A DNA stretch of 64,000 nt. Source: Felis catus. Its lineage: Eukaryota. The position numbers were made by a program, and so were the translations under genes. Positions 37,118 to 50,510 of the stretch are shown here, piece by piece; the first letter of the stretch is position 1; each line of letters opens with the position of its first letter. Below the pieces are notes generated by a model that saw nothing but the letters and a program-made list of their open reading frames with translations, searched no databases and was not told the DNA's origin. The stretch is from the NCBI RefSeq assembly GCF_018350175.1, contig NC_058368.1, forward strand, positions 66,342,001 to 66,406,000, in the 5' to 3' direction.

Positions 37118-40100
37118 TGCTAGGGAGGAGCTCAGTTCCAGGCCCAGTGTCAGGGTAGGGAAAAGAGTAGCCCAGGCACATGGGACATTTGGAAGGGGAT
37201 TTATCTGGCCCCAAATGTCTTTCTTGGTAGCCTGTCATGGTTTTCACTGTGAGCCAGCAGAATTTTCCTTTGGATTATAGCATTGTCTCTAGTAGGCATT
37301 GGTAAAATCCATATATAATGTATGTTCCCTGGAAGGAATAATCCACTAATCCTCCAGCTATGTAGAGATTAAAAGCAAATCCTTTTTGTGGAAGATGAGG
37401 TCAGAAGGAAGGAAGGTCAGAGGCACACAGACCGAGCAGGGCATCATCACAGGCAGTTCTGGGAAGTCAGAAGGCACAGTGGGAATATCTGATCTGTCAG
37501 TACTAGGTACTTGGGAAAGGAGAAAGAGGCACAGAAAAGGAAGCTGACAGTGGGGATGGACCTCCAACTTCTCAGGTTGGCCAAGACCTAAGAGTTCGTG
37601 AAGTTGATAAAAATTGGTCTGAAGTTTGATTTTTAAACATTAATTAGCAGGTGGGGGGGGGGGATGAAAAATTGTAAATCAGTGGGATGCCCATGACAGG
37701 AGGGGATAAGTCTCCTAAGCCTCAACTCTCCAGTACTTCCTGAGCCTTGAAAGCAATCCTGAAAGATTCCTAAATGAAAGGTTAGCGGCATCCAGTCAAA
37801 GCCAAAAGAAACGAAGGTAAAGGGAACCCAGTAAAAATAAAAAGTTATGGGAAAGAGTGTATATATGTGGCAACTTTTTCCCAAGCTTTCAAAAAGATAC
37901 CACCTGGGGACAGAGAACCATAGCGATCCCTCTATACTCTCCTGCCTAATGAGAATTTCTGAAAGCAAAATATGCCCAGAGTGAGTCCCCATGAGGTGGT
38001 AATTTATAAAGCCGCCCCTACTCCATGCTGATACTGAAATAGACTGGTTTCCTGGTGCACCCGAGCCTTTTGTGGAAAAAACAAAGCTGTAGGAAAGGAC
38101 TTGAATAATGGAGGGCTCCAGAGAGATAAGACGACACATCTGGGTCTGTGATTGCACCTCAGATTCCCTCAACCACATCCTTCCCCGAGGAACCTACTTC
38201 CCTTTCCCCATAAACGAAGTCGAATAGTAATCATCCTTTGCTTCGAGTGGGGATATCTGCGAAATTGCCAACAGCTCAGCAGGAATGCCAGTCTGTGACT
38301 GTGTCCTGGATCTGCTCTCCCTTCTGCGACCCTAACCCACCACCCTCACTCTTTTGTTTGGGATTTAAACAAATTAACCAGACATGAAACAGAAAGAGGC
38401 TATTACTTAAGGGAATTGGATCCTGGTAGCATATCCTCATGAATTTCCCTTATGGGTTTCAGTCAGCAGTGGATGTCTCAGAAACATTCCAGATGATTTC
38501 AAGGAGGCAAGGGCAGACTGGTAATTAAACCACATGCATCAGCAAGGCTTAGAGACAGAGAACAAAAGGCAAGAAAAGAAAACAAAACAAAGAGGCAGGA
38601 AGCCAGGGTCCTGCCTTAGCAGTTTGAGGCCCTGGACATGCTTTTCTACACATCTTATCCGCCCCCCGGCTGCCTTACAGAAGCTCCCGAAGTGAGGCAT
38701 GCCTTTGCTTCGTGCATAAAGCAATGAGGCACGGAGAAAATGGTGTGAGCCAAGGTCAGCCAGGTCCCAGGACTGCCTGACCCTTGCAGAGCTGGATTTG
38801 GATAGCAGAGGAGGAGGAGGGCAGTGTGGGCATGGAAGTAGCGAGAACGGGGCCAGGCTCTCCTCCAGGTTCCCAGGCCCACCTCCACCTCAAATGCTAC
38901 AACACTGTTGGCTGCGTGTTTTCTCTGTGCCCCTGCGGATCTGCTCTTCCCTCTTCTCCAGGCTGTCTGGCTCTGAAAGAGCCAGATGACACAGACATGG
39001 TTCCTGGGCTCCTTCGTCTTCAGGCTCCAGCGAGGCTTGGCCAGTGAGAGGCAGGCAAAGGAGCTCTCGGGGTGGGGGGGGAGTGACACCCCAATATTCA
39101 CGCTCAGGGCTTCCTCCCTGTGGAGCTGCTCAGACTGGCTGAGCACCTCAGCTCAAGGTGACACTTCCCCTCAGCCTGCCTTCCCCACAGCTCTCTCCCT
39201 CCCTCCACACTTCAGTCCTTTAGGCCTAGGGGTGGAGACTGTGCCTCCTGGTGCTAACCTTGGGTTCTGCGCTATTTCTTATGGTTGCCCAACCCCTTGC
39301 TCTCACCTTTTTATTAAGTCTCTTACTGAATCATCTTCAAATCACCCCGGTTGAGTTGCATTGTCTGCGTCTTTTCAAGACCCAACTGATAACAGCCCTC
39401 AAGCTCGGAGAGACCAATTATGAGTGGTATCTTCAGTGTTTCAATGTAGGGCCATCCTCCAGCTGGCTAAGGTACTGAGGCATCAATTCCATTAACGTGG
39501 AAATGTCTGGAAATGCCAAAGCTGCCAAAAATGGCTACCAGAGAGTCTTAGGCACTGGAAGAATCTTCTTGGTAGCCAGAAGACCATGTGACCCTTAGCT
39601 GAGGGAAATGAAAATTCCTTTCTCTTGGTCTACACTTGGTATACAGCTCATGAGGACTCATAGTCTCTGCAGCACACCCTGAGTGGACTCTGTAGTAATG
39701 TGGGTCACGGACGGATCCCCTTCCTTCCTGACAAGGGGAGAGAAGGAAGTGGATGTAAGTTATCTGGAAAGAAAATGAGGGAGAAGTGAATGTACCCCTG
39801 TGAGCCACCTTCTGTCACGAAATGTGACCCTCTTCCTTCTGAGCCACGCGGCAATGGGAATGTGCCGCGTCTGGTATTAAAGCTCGGAAGCCACCAATAA
39901 GCAAAGACGAGTGTGGCTTTCTTTGCGTTCATGTCCTGGAAACGCTTTTCATCACTTAATCCAAAACCTAATTTTTTTTGGAATTTAATGTTGAACAAAT
40001 CATGAGTGTTTGCTGTGATGTGAGGTTACTTTATCCTCCCTCATCCCCAGACCCTCATGAAAATGAGATGCTGCACCTCATTTGGGGATTTGGGAGAGAA

Positions 40101-41418
40101 AATAAAACAATCTAGATCTAGGTCAGCAGAAAGTCTGTTTGTTCAGTGTAAGTAGGGCTCTCCTCTAATTAACACTTCCCTGAAGAAGAAGGAAAAAAAG
40201 AGTGAAAGGCGTGTGCGAGGAACATATATATCCCTCTTTACATGGCACCATTTCAGATTCAGGAAACTAGCACTTACCCCTTTGAAATGGAATAGTAATC
40301 GCAAATGCTGAAAATTAAAATTCTGGGAAGCTGCAAAGGCTGAAAATTCAGCCAGTCACCTGACGCAACTAATTAAACGTACTGGGCTGTTAATTAGCAT
40401 TTACTAAATTATGGAACTAAAGCTTTAACTTGGCTATGTTTGCTTCCAGAATTAAAATATTGTGGACAGAGAAAGGTAACCAAGATGTCAGCTTGGTTAC
40501 TCTTCCAGCAAGTGGGATTCAGACCTTTATGCAGCTCCTGTAATTGATCCAGTGATCCCAAAGAAAGAATGCCACCTCTAAGAGTAGAAAATATGCTTTC
40601 TTTCCTCCTTAATTACCCAAACACGCTGGTCATATAAGAATGGACATAAAAAGCAAACGGATTTGCGCCCACGGCCATGTGTGCTTTCTAAAGGCAATAT
40701 AATGGTTTTCCACAATATCATAACAATGGATTGTCTCCCCCAGATGCTTGCTTCTGAGGCATCCTGTACAGAATAACATAGTCAAGAACCTGTTTCTTCC
40801 CCCACATAATCATTTGTTCAAATTTTTGCCCTGCATGGAATGAGCAAGTCCTGATGGACTTCATATCAGTCATTATATAAGATCTTTTCTAAAAAATTAT
40901 GAGGCTTTCTCCATTATCCAATAAATAGTCAACCGAAAAAAATATTTAGTGAGTGTCTACCATGTGTTCAACACTCAGCTAACTGCCAAAAGATACCAAA
41001 ATGTTCAAGATATTGTTTCTTACCAGGGGCATAAAGATGTTTTATAGAGGCAGCGCCTCTCCAAATGAAACAATAAACAAGCCAAATGCACGAGATACTG
41101 ATAAAATAAAATGCTCATTTGTGTGATAGGATGATCAAAAGAAATTTCACTCTGAGGTTGTCTTCCAGCTCCAAAACTCTCCAATTCAATGGGCAGCACA
41201 AATAATAGCAAAATAATTTAATTAAAGGTTCTGGAAGGTGTATTTTAACCAAGAGCACGTCCCTAGCATAGTGCCTGGTACTCAGTAAGCTCAGGGCAAG
41301 TGCTGAAACAATAAATAAGTACATGAGCACAAAATGTAAAGACTGTAGAAAGTGATATGATTTGGCATTCTCCAGGAAGGCTTTAGGGCAGGGACTGCTC
41401 TCAAATGAAACCATAAAG

Positions 41419-41700
41419 CAGAGGTTGCCAACTGTCGTCCCTCAAAGTAAATTCAGCTGTACGGATGTGTTCCATTTAGCCAGCACAGTGGTGGTGGGGG
41501 TAGTGATGGTGGTGATGATGATGATGATGGTTGTGATGATGGAGGTGATGGTGGTGATGAAAAGGAAAGAGGTGGAGAGAGAATTTAAGTCAAGAGAATC
41601 CACATTCAAATCCATATATTTCTGGTGTAAAATAAGGTCTGCCTCTCGAGGTCCCTGTGTCCCTATGGTGTGATACCCCCCTTTCTTGGGGTATTGTCTT
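41419..41700. mobile_element. MER102-like hAT MITE containing a (GAT/GGT)n expansion at ~41488-41560
   Basis: cagaggttgccaac...ggatgtgttccatttagccagcacagtg resembles the recalled MER102 start. Confidence 0.45.
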
Positions 41701-41959
41701 CCCACTTTGCCCCATGACCCATCCTCTCTCCCATCTGTCTCCCAAACCCAGGCCAGGTGTCAGCCACCTTTTATTTCCATGCATGTACTATTGCTTTCTT
41801 ATGTAAGAGAAATACTTCCTTATACACATACTATCCAAAGTGGAAAAATGATAGTCCAAGAGAGACTTGTGTTTCAAGGAAAATGTGAGAGGGTATTTCT
41901 TGGAAAAATGAAGGAATTTCTATGCCATCAATATTAATCTGAATGTGCCTATTGAAAGA

Positions 41960-42320
41960 ACAGAAATTACTTCCTTACAATATCAACTACCTCCTCAGTG
42001 TGACCTTCCATTAGCATCCTATCTAAAACCACAACCTGTCTCCTCACCCGCCTCCACGCAGACTCCTAAGCCCCTTCCCCCAATTTATTTTTCTTCTTAG
42101 TGCTTACCCCTGCCTGACATATTATATATGTTACTGATTTAGCTGTTGATTGGTAGAACTCTCTAGTGAAAATGTAGGCTATGAGAGGGGAGGAATTTTT
42201 GTATTGTTTTTGTTGTTGTTCACAACTTCAAATCTTGTACCTAGGACAGAACCAGGAACATGGCAGATGCAGAATGAATGAATGAATGAATGAATGAATG
42301 AATGAATGAATGAATTAATG
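41960..42320 (+). mobile_element. L2a 3' end with expanded (GAAT)n tail
   Basis: cctcctcagtgtgaccttcc...tttttcttcttagtgcttac...cctaggacagaaccaggaacatggcagatgc followed by (GAAT)n. Confidence 0.8.
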
Positions 42321-43737
42321 AATCATAAATGAACAAACTCAACCCACTTCTCTAATTTCTTTCTCTGCATGATCTCTGCTTTAAAGGATTAAGAAGCTGT
42401 GGATAGGCAGAGAGAGAGGTCTCTTCCAGTGGAGGAAAATGACTTCTTGGAAATAACATGGGCAAAGGCTTAAGCTGGAAGGGAGCAAGCACTTAGCGAG
42501 GGAAAAGGGCTCTGTAAGAAGCATAGTCTAATTAAAATAAAAAATGTGTCATAGAGTTGCCACCTAAGAATCCATGACAGGTATGAACAATAAGGCACTG
42601 CCCAATGGCCACTTGTCATCAATCCAGATCGTTGCCCGCTCCAGACTGGCTTTCCCAGCACATAACATATGCATCCTTCTGGATCCCACTTGGACTGTTC
42701 TACCACCCTTCAACAGATGCTCCGGAATAGAGACTAAACTGCTCGCTGTAGGCTATGTAGCATCTGCTGGTATCTGCCCCATTATCTGACCAAAAATCCT
42801 GCTTCTTCAACATACATATTTATCTTCCAATCACACCAAACTACTTTTCAAAGGCTAAGTGGGCTTAATCCACATGAGCCTTCAAATGTGGAGCTGTTCT
42901 GATTAGGAGGACTGGCCTTCCTCATTCTACTATTCTTCAAGAGCCAGCTCAAGTGGCCACATATGAACCCCTCTCTTGGGTTCTCTCCATGGCCCCATTG
43001 GTGCTGGCAGACCCAGGACCTTCTTTCCATACCTCTCCACCTTCTGCTACTTCTTCTTTGGCAATGCTCCCCATCAAAGCAGCATGTATCACCCGTATGG
43101 CATGGTGTGAATACGCCATGTGAAGAGTCCTTTAGTTAAAGGCACGTGTAGCCCTCTCAGACAAGTGTATATACCGAGGCCTTTAGTGTGCCACCCTCGC
43201 TTCTTGGACCTTCCCTGGAAATTCCTTGGTTTTCTGGTTAAGTGGATCCTACCATGTGTCTACTTGCATGGATCATGATTCAACACCCCTCATCCCCTTT
43301 TGCTGGGGTTTAAGTACTTCGACCTTTTTCCAGTTGCTCTCAGTTCAGTCAACTTTGGGTCACTGGTTTTTGCTCTTGAAAAAACCCACCACCAGCCCCT
43401 CTACACTCAAGCTTCTATCCCTGTTCACCCAATTTCTATCAATGTTCACATCACATGGTGTTACTATTTGTTTTGATGTCTATACCTCTCCAAAAGAGAA
43501 AAGTTCCTTGAATGTAGGGACAGTGTCCTTTTCCTCTTTGTAACCCCAGTGCTTCTCAGAGAAGGTCCTTCATACACGCTGGTTGACTAAATGCATGGAC
43601 ACGCACAACGATACAGCCATGCCTTTTGCCCTGTAAGAGGAAGGACCATGAATTAAGTAGTGGCAGTAGTATTGCATATTCAAACAGTTAAGCTAACAAA
43701 AAGGTAAAGAAATACATATATTTTTAATTACTGTAAT

Positions 43738-43812
43738 AAAACTCATTGGACCCTGACTTACCATCTGAGAAGTGAAAACTCTTTGGACCCTGACTTACAT
43801 CTTAGGAGACGT
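43738..43812. repeat. Diverged 37-bp tandem duplication
   Basis: Identical core ttggaccctgacttac at 43746-43761 and 43783-43798. Confidence 0.85.
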
Positions 43813-46149
43813 AAAAAGCTAGATTAAATCTGCAAATTAAAAGGTCTTTCAGAGAAAGAAAACAAAGTTAAAGTCACAGGGCTAAATGTGCCCTGGTGAC
43901 ATCACCTAGTCTACTCCTTAGCACTGTAGGTCTCAGTTTTCTGGTTTCTGAATGAGTGGGTGGCATGTGTTGGGGGTGCAGTGGGGAGAGAACTCCTTAG
44001 AAATGCAGATCGCCAGGCTGTGGCTCTAGTGATTGAGTCTGTACATACAGCACTTTGAGCAAGCACCTGGGTACAGGTGACCCCAGCACCACATCGGCCT
44101 TACCTATTTTTGATTACCCTACTCGTCTCCTTTCAAAGACCACAGGGTATTTCCTTAATTTCCCAGAATACGCATTACGTTTTCCTAACATCCTTTTCGA
44201 AGTCATATTTTGGTAAGCCTGTGTCTTATGACTCTATCTTCAGGAAAGACTGTTAAAAAATAAAAAAACTATCAAACAAAAGTGAAGAGGCTTCTCAGCA
44301 TCTTGTGGAAAAGGTCACTTCTTCCGACCCACATCAAGCTCCTTCGAAGTCTGGGCTTTGCTCTCCACTATATAAATAATGAAGAAGGGAACTTAGTGGC
44401 GCACCTCATTCAGGCGCTCTCATCAATAACACCCCGCTTTCAGCCGTCTTGGGGGAAACACTTGAAAAGCCCTACCTACTCGAACAGGAAGTAAGTTGAA
44501 ATTGGGTTGAGCCTTTTTGAATGTCTGTAAAAAAGACGTTAGCATGTCTGTCAAAGACATTCGCTTTGACGTGAAGAAGAAAGTTGGTTTTCCACACAGA
44601 AAATAATTTGAAGGGAAATGAAAACTGTTTTCAAAAGGCTATTTAATTTTCCCTTTATTGTAGTAAAAAGAATGAAGAGAATGGAACATGTTGGAATTCG
44701 TGATTGATGGATCACAATGGCATGTTATAAAAATTCAGAAATAGCCCCTAATGAGAAAAATACCAAAATCAAATTGGCGAATCTTACTAATTCGGCTGAA
44801 AAACTGGAGAGGTTAAGGTTCCGTCCCTCTTAGCAAAGACTCGGGGTGCTGGAGTGATAGTGCTGTGTGGCTCCCCGGGCTCTGGGAATAAAGCAGAACT
44901 CTGCAAATAAAGGACAGAAAAGTAACCTAAGATTGAGGCTAACTCAACACAATCACCATCATAATTGTTTACATTCAGAGGTCCTTTTGGCTAAGATCTT
45001 TTTTTTGGGGGGGGGGGAGATAAAGGGCTATTCTCTAAGTACCACAGCTTAGCTACCAAATCCATTAACAGATAGCCCCTGGCATTTTATCTTTAAGATT
45101 CCAGTGTGCCTCCCATACTGTTTTTATACTTATCTGCAATAAAAAGGCAATTCCTCTGAGTGCTTGGGATTTGGCTGAATCAGATTTACCGTCTGGCTTT
45201 CCAACCTTATTCCCAAGCACAGTGTAATAGGAAAAGGCAAAGCTCTTGCAAGTCTCCATGGATTCCTGTGGCAGGGTGGTGAAAATTTTGTTTTCTTTAC
45301 TACTTTCCATTTCATGAGAGAAATCATCTCAAGGAGAGGATTTCAAATGCAATGTTGTTAGATACAGACCATTAAATATGTAAGGCTGGATTTCCAACCT
45401 ATATATGTAGCCCTATGGGGAAATTCTCCCTTTGTCATGGAAACCCACGGGACGAGCTGGTCCATGCAGCTCTATGAATAAAAAATCCAGAGCAAGAGCA
45501 CTTTTCCCATTGTAAAGCCAAGAGGAGTTTTTGAGGCTTTTATTTTTTTCACACTTGCGTATTGGAGGAATGGCCTAGATCTTGTGGTGGTGTGCATCTA
45601 AGATGATCTTAGCACCAGCTGAAAATGATTTTTGTCTGCCGATAGTTAAGATAGGTGACAGAGAGGTAGATAGGTATATTCAAGAAAGATATAACCTACT
45701 GTTGTGCAAAACCGGAAGAGTAACCGGCAAACAACATTTTGGTTCTTTCTCTGTCTTTGGACCTCCTAGGGGAGTCTAAAATATTAGCCTGAAAAATGGG
45801 TAGTCTTGCATTTGTTTGGAGGGCTACTGTAATCATGGTTATTATTTTAAAACACCTAGAATATTAGGAAATTACTTCCAGGCTTGCTCTAACCATGGCA
45901 GTGTTAGAAAAGGTTGATAATTAGGAAATTCGTTGGAGGGCAGCTCAAATCATAGTGGTGTGGGAAAGGGTGTAGAAAATTATCATGGGCTAATAATTTG
46001 AGGGAGTACAAGGATTTCCAGAGCGCTGTGCCCCTGCCTCTAATATATGTTCCAACGTTTTTTAAGTGAGTGAGACCTACCAACAGTCCACACAGCTTTT
46101 AGGAAGCATTAAAACACTCCAGCTGGTCAGTTCTGTTGTCATGGCCTGA

Positions 46150-46330
46150 AGCATTAGCACACAGGCTCTGGAGCCCAGCTGTCCAGGTTCAAACCCAGCC
46201 CTTCTCCTTGCTATGTGATTGAAGCCAAGTGATTTAACCTCTCACAGCCTCGGTCTTCACATTGCTGGGTGGGGTCACGAGGACCACACAATGAGGTGTG
46301 AGTGATGGGTTTGATGGGGTGCCTGCCATG
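46150..46330 (+). mobile_element. MIR SINE
   Basis: agcacacaggctctggagccc...ggttcaaacccagc...gccaagtgatttaacctctc. Confidence 0.7.
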
Positions 46331-46554
46331 GAGATCACATCTCAGTCACAACAGAACTGCAGTTCTCAGTCATCCTGCTGTGAAGTGAAGGCACCAATGA
46401 CAACCCTTCTACATTTTTGTGCAAATTGGAGGTAAGAGGGACATTATTGCTGGGTATGTAATAGCCCTTACGAGTGATTGTTATCAGCATCTGTCGCACC
46501 TCCTGGTTGTCTAGATCAGGGAAACCCCACTAGACTACAGCTCCCCCAGGAGCA

Positions 46555-46712
46555 GCAAGGCAGCTCCCGGGTGTTGCACAGGGTCCCACATTTAGAAGGG
46601 CCCTCGCTTGACTTAATGCTCTGCTACTGCCGGGTTGAAATTCTTCTTAGTTTTTTTTAACACGAAGCCCCACATTTTTACTTTGCATCATGCTCTGCAA
46701 ATTATGTAGCTT
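46555..46712 (-). mobile_element. MER53 hAT MITE
   Basis: gcacagggtcccacatttagaagggccc...ttaatgctctgct...ttgaaattctt...ctgcaaattatgtagc matches the antisense MER53 consensus as recalled. Confidence 0.8.
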
Positions 46713-47869
46713 GTTTAGAGGACCCAGACAGCATCCTACTGAGTTTGGTAAGCCTGGTCTACGAGGCACAGGTCTTTATACCTGGTAGGTTTGCGTTAAG
46801 TAGCTGTGAACTGAATTGACATTGCCACCAACGACTAACTGAACATGAATTTATTTATTTGAGGCCTGCTTTCAGAAATCATGGCTCTTCCTGAGTTTAA
46901 GTCTCTTCGTGGACAGGCCTTGGGTCGATCACGAGAGTCCTGCTTATGATATTCATTTAAAGGAAGTTCTGTAAATGTGGAACTAGATTATTTGCAGGAT
47001 CTACGTTCATTACTTGAGACAGGACGATTCATTAAATGTTAGAAATTAATTCGTGGAGCAAGTAAAAAGGTGGAAGAAGTGTTAGGAAAATCACTTGAGA
47101 AAACGTAGTTACTAATGTTTTTAATATTGGCACAGTTAGCAACTGACTTTAAATACTTTCTTGATCAACATAAAAAGGCATTTCAAGGGAAAGGCAATAA
47201 ATTATAATGCCATTAACCACCACACATTATAGAAGTACCTATTATAAAAGAAAATCCTTTCTAAGTGAATTTCACTGTTCTGGATCTAAGGTTTTTTTTT
47301 TCATAGAAATAAAGAATCAAATGCTAAATACTTGATTTCATTTTGGAATATTAATAGGATTAAAATAGCTTTGAATTTTCCTCTGACTCATTAAGCTAGA
47401 AAGTCAAGGTACTAAAAACATATACTTTTGCTTCAAAATAGGCAGAAATGGATAACTGTAGAAAAGTTGTTTTTTTTTTTTAATTTTTGTGAACTATACC
47501 AGAGCAAAAGGACACATTGGGAGAAATTTGAACCAGTTTTCATGCATAATTTGCCTATATATATAAACATATGTCCATATTTGTCATGTAGCTTTACTTG
47601 TCGAAAAATATCTTAAAACTTATACAGTCACAGAAAGTATCAATAACATAAAATTTCACATCCCCCTTTTAGAACCATGGCCTTAACATTTTGTAGGGAA
47701 ATAAAGCTTTGGTTAACCTTGGCTCTGGCAGACCTCATTAAAATAACAGCCTGTCAGTTTCAAGTTTAAAATAACAGGGTTGTCAGTTTTATATGCAGTG
47801 GAACAATCTACAATTTTATTTTCGGGGAAGCCTGTGGGAAGTGCCGGAAGGGGCGGAAAGATTGGACAA

Positions 47870-47888
47870 CACTGCCATCTGGTGGCCA
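47870..47888 (-). promoter_or_regulatory. CTCF binding motif
   Basis: Minus strand reads TGGCCACCAGATGGCAGTG, a close match to the CTCF core CCACCAG(G/A)(G/T)GGC(G/A). Confidence 0.7.
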
Positions 47889-48688
47889 TGATAGAAGACT
47901 GTCTCTAGCCACCTACAGGTATGGCTGGACTTCTCTGAAGGAAAAGGTGGAATGATACTGGGCTGCCTTGAACTTAATTTCTTCTGTATCAACTTTTTGA
48001 CAGGCTTCTGTCTTTAAAATGCATGTACATTCCCAGAGCCAATATGCAATTTATAACTCAAAATTACAGTAAATCAATAAGGTACTCTCTGCTCTTTGGT
48101 AACCTATAGCTTCTGCATTATCAATGGCTTGATGCAATTAATATTCAAGAGAGTAAATCTTGTGAAAAGAAGGGGGGAAAAACCTTTAAGATTTTTTTAT
48201 GGGTACCTTGGAAGAAATTCTTCAAGAAATTTTCATATATGATTTGTATACTTTTCTGGATGATTGTTATACTTCAGTAAAATAAACAAACATAAGCCAA
48301 GAAATCTTTGTGACATTGGCAGATGTCACAAACCTGAACGCAACATGTTCCCATTTATATAAATGGAAACAATTCTGGGGATATGCTGGATCTCAGCCAA
48401 ATTGCAAATATGACCTAACTTCAATTCAGTTCTTTCCCTATGCATTTTGGGCAATTGGTTAAGGGGAGGCAGTGGACAATGGGAGAATGGCATAAAAAAA
48501 GAGAGAGAGAGAGAGGTGCAAATGAACTCTGCTGATCTGATGTGCAACCTACCCCCAAAATTTCAGGATGTGCAGAATGCTCTAATGTTAAGCTAATAGC
48601 GTGTCTTCAACTCATTCAAACAATCCAGCCCTCTTACATCACTGGTCCTCACTTCAGATATGCTAAGGAAGGACCTTAAACCTGCATT

Positions 48689-49107
48689 CTAGCCACCAAC
48701 CACATATGGCTATTGAGCACTTGAAATGTGCTATAGACAGAACTGACGTGCTGTGAATGTAAAAACCATACTCGATTTTGAGACCTATGCCATCCAATAT
48801 GGCAGCCACTAGTCACATGTGGCTACTGAGCACTGCAGATATCTGTAGATTGAATCGAGGTGTGCTCTAAGTGTCCCAATACACACTGAACGTTGAAAGA
48901 CAAGTACCAAAAAATGGTAAAATATCTCATTAAAATTTTTACGTATTTATTAATGTTGAAATGATATTTTGAATATATAGGTTAAACAGAGTATGTTATT
49001 AAAATTAGCTTCAGTCTACTTTTGTTAAATGTGACTGCTAGAAATTTTTAAATTACATAGGTAGTTCACCCATGCAACTTGCATGCGATTTCTATTGGAT
49101 ATTGCTG
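48689..49107. mobile_element. MER33/MER3 hAT MITEs: a partial copy (48689-48786) abutting a near-complete MER33-like copy
   Basis: cacatatggctattgagcacttgaaatgtg and gccactagtcacatgtggctactgagcact...atttctattggatattgctg. Confidence 0.8.
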
Positions 49108-49699
49108 CCTTAAACTTTCATTGCTTTCTGGCCCAGAAAGGCCATTCTGCCATTTCACAAGGTTGTTTCTCTCCCACTAGAGCTACAAAGGGGCATCTCT
49201 GACATCCTTGCTGCTTGTAGGAGACTAAGAGAACCTATTTAGGTTATTGGATGCTTAAGATATAAAGGTGAAAGTCAAGTGCAATTATATCATGGAGTCT
49301 AATCATAACAGGAGTAAATGGCACCCCTCATTGATGCTCCATGGGGTAAATTGGATCTTTAAGGTAACCAGATGGCTCCCAGGAAAAGGTAATTTACCTC
49401 ACAGGGATAAGAACTTGATTTCCAAGAAAGAGTGCACTTTAGTCACCCTATGCCATCTGTCCCCATGGCGATATTTCTGTGCATTAAGAACTCCCAGCTC
49501 CAAGTGCCCTAGCAATATGTAAACTTACTAAACTTTATTAAATCTTTAAGAAGATAGTTGGGAAGGTGGTAGTTTCTCCATTTTGAAACCAATTTGTAGG
49601 GAAATTCTATGACTTTGCCAAAGTTACAGTTAAAGCAAACACATCTCCAAGCACTGGGCACTTCTCTCCCTGACTGAAGAGGCTTCACATTTATGAGCT

Positions 49700-49995
49700 T
49701 TTGCCACTCAGGGTCCCTCTGCCAAAAACAGCTCTTTCCCAGTCTTCTACCTGCAAAATGCTATTCATCCATTAAGTCGCATTTCAACTGTCACCTCTTC
49801 CTTGGAGCTTCCCTTGATCCCTCCGTCTACTCAATAATAAAATGTTGATCATACTCTGCCCTACAGCCCATAAACGAAAGAGTGATTTACTGTGCTTATT
49901 TATATGTAAATCTCCTGTCCCTACTGGGTAGTATGTTCCTTGAAGGCAGGACCATCTTGTATCTATCACTGTGTGCCCGGTATATTGTGGACACT

Positions 49996-49998
<3 letters not shown>
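49700..49998 (+). mobile_element. L2 3' fragment
   Basis: gtcacctcttccttggagcttccc...tccttgaaggcaggaccatcttg. Confidence 0.6.

Positions 49999-50037
<39 letters not shown>
49999..50037. repeat. (GT)n microsatellite
   Basis: Direct reading. Confidence 0.95.
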
Positions 50038-50040
<3 letters not shown>

Positions 50041-50234
50041 TGAATTGACTACCCATAAATAGACCCTGAGCAACCATTTCTCCATGAAATAGGGAAGTTT
50101 ATAAGAAAGACCTTCCTCCCTATGGCAATAAGTTATTTTGCAAGTAAGAGCATCTAGAATTTAAATTTCACTTACAATTTAATTTGAAGTCTCAGAATTT
50201 AAATTTACCCTCTGCCTACTCTACTTCATTTATC

Positions 50235-50510
50235 TACCCATTCATTCATTCCTTTGCTATCTGTTGAGTACTATTATAAACTAGGCTTTGTGCCAGATGG
50301 GACACCCATCTCCTAGGATGTGGTGAAAACAAAGGTCCTACCCCTATGTCACCTGCAGTTCAGGAGGGAAGACCCATTACAATAAATGGGGAAATCTTTA
50401 TGACAGGAAAAACCAGAGGGATCTCTTGGAGCACATACTGGGGAGTGACTATGGATGTCAGAGGAGGAATCCTTTGGGGGACATTAGAGCTGAGACTCAC
50501 AGAAAGAATT
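50235..50510 (-). mobile_element. L2 3' fragment
   Basis: cattcattcattc...tgttgagtacta...tgtgccag...gtcagaggagg. Confidence 0.5.

Noticed and set aside
37633..39354. Several 120-180 aa ORFs on both strands
   Set aside because: No recognisable domains, overlapping on both strands and no exon-like splice boundaries; expected by chance in moderately GC-rich DNA.
41362..41705. Val/Met-rich and Thr/Ile-rich ORFs
   Set aside because: Caused by the (GAT/GGT)n low-complexity expansion.
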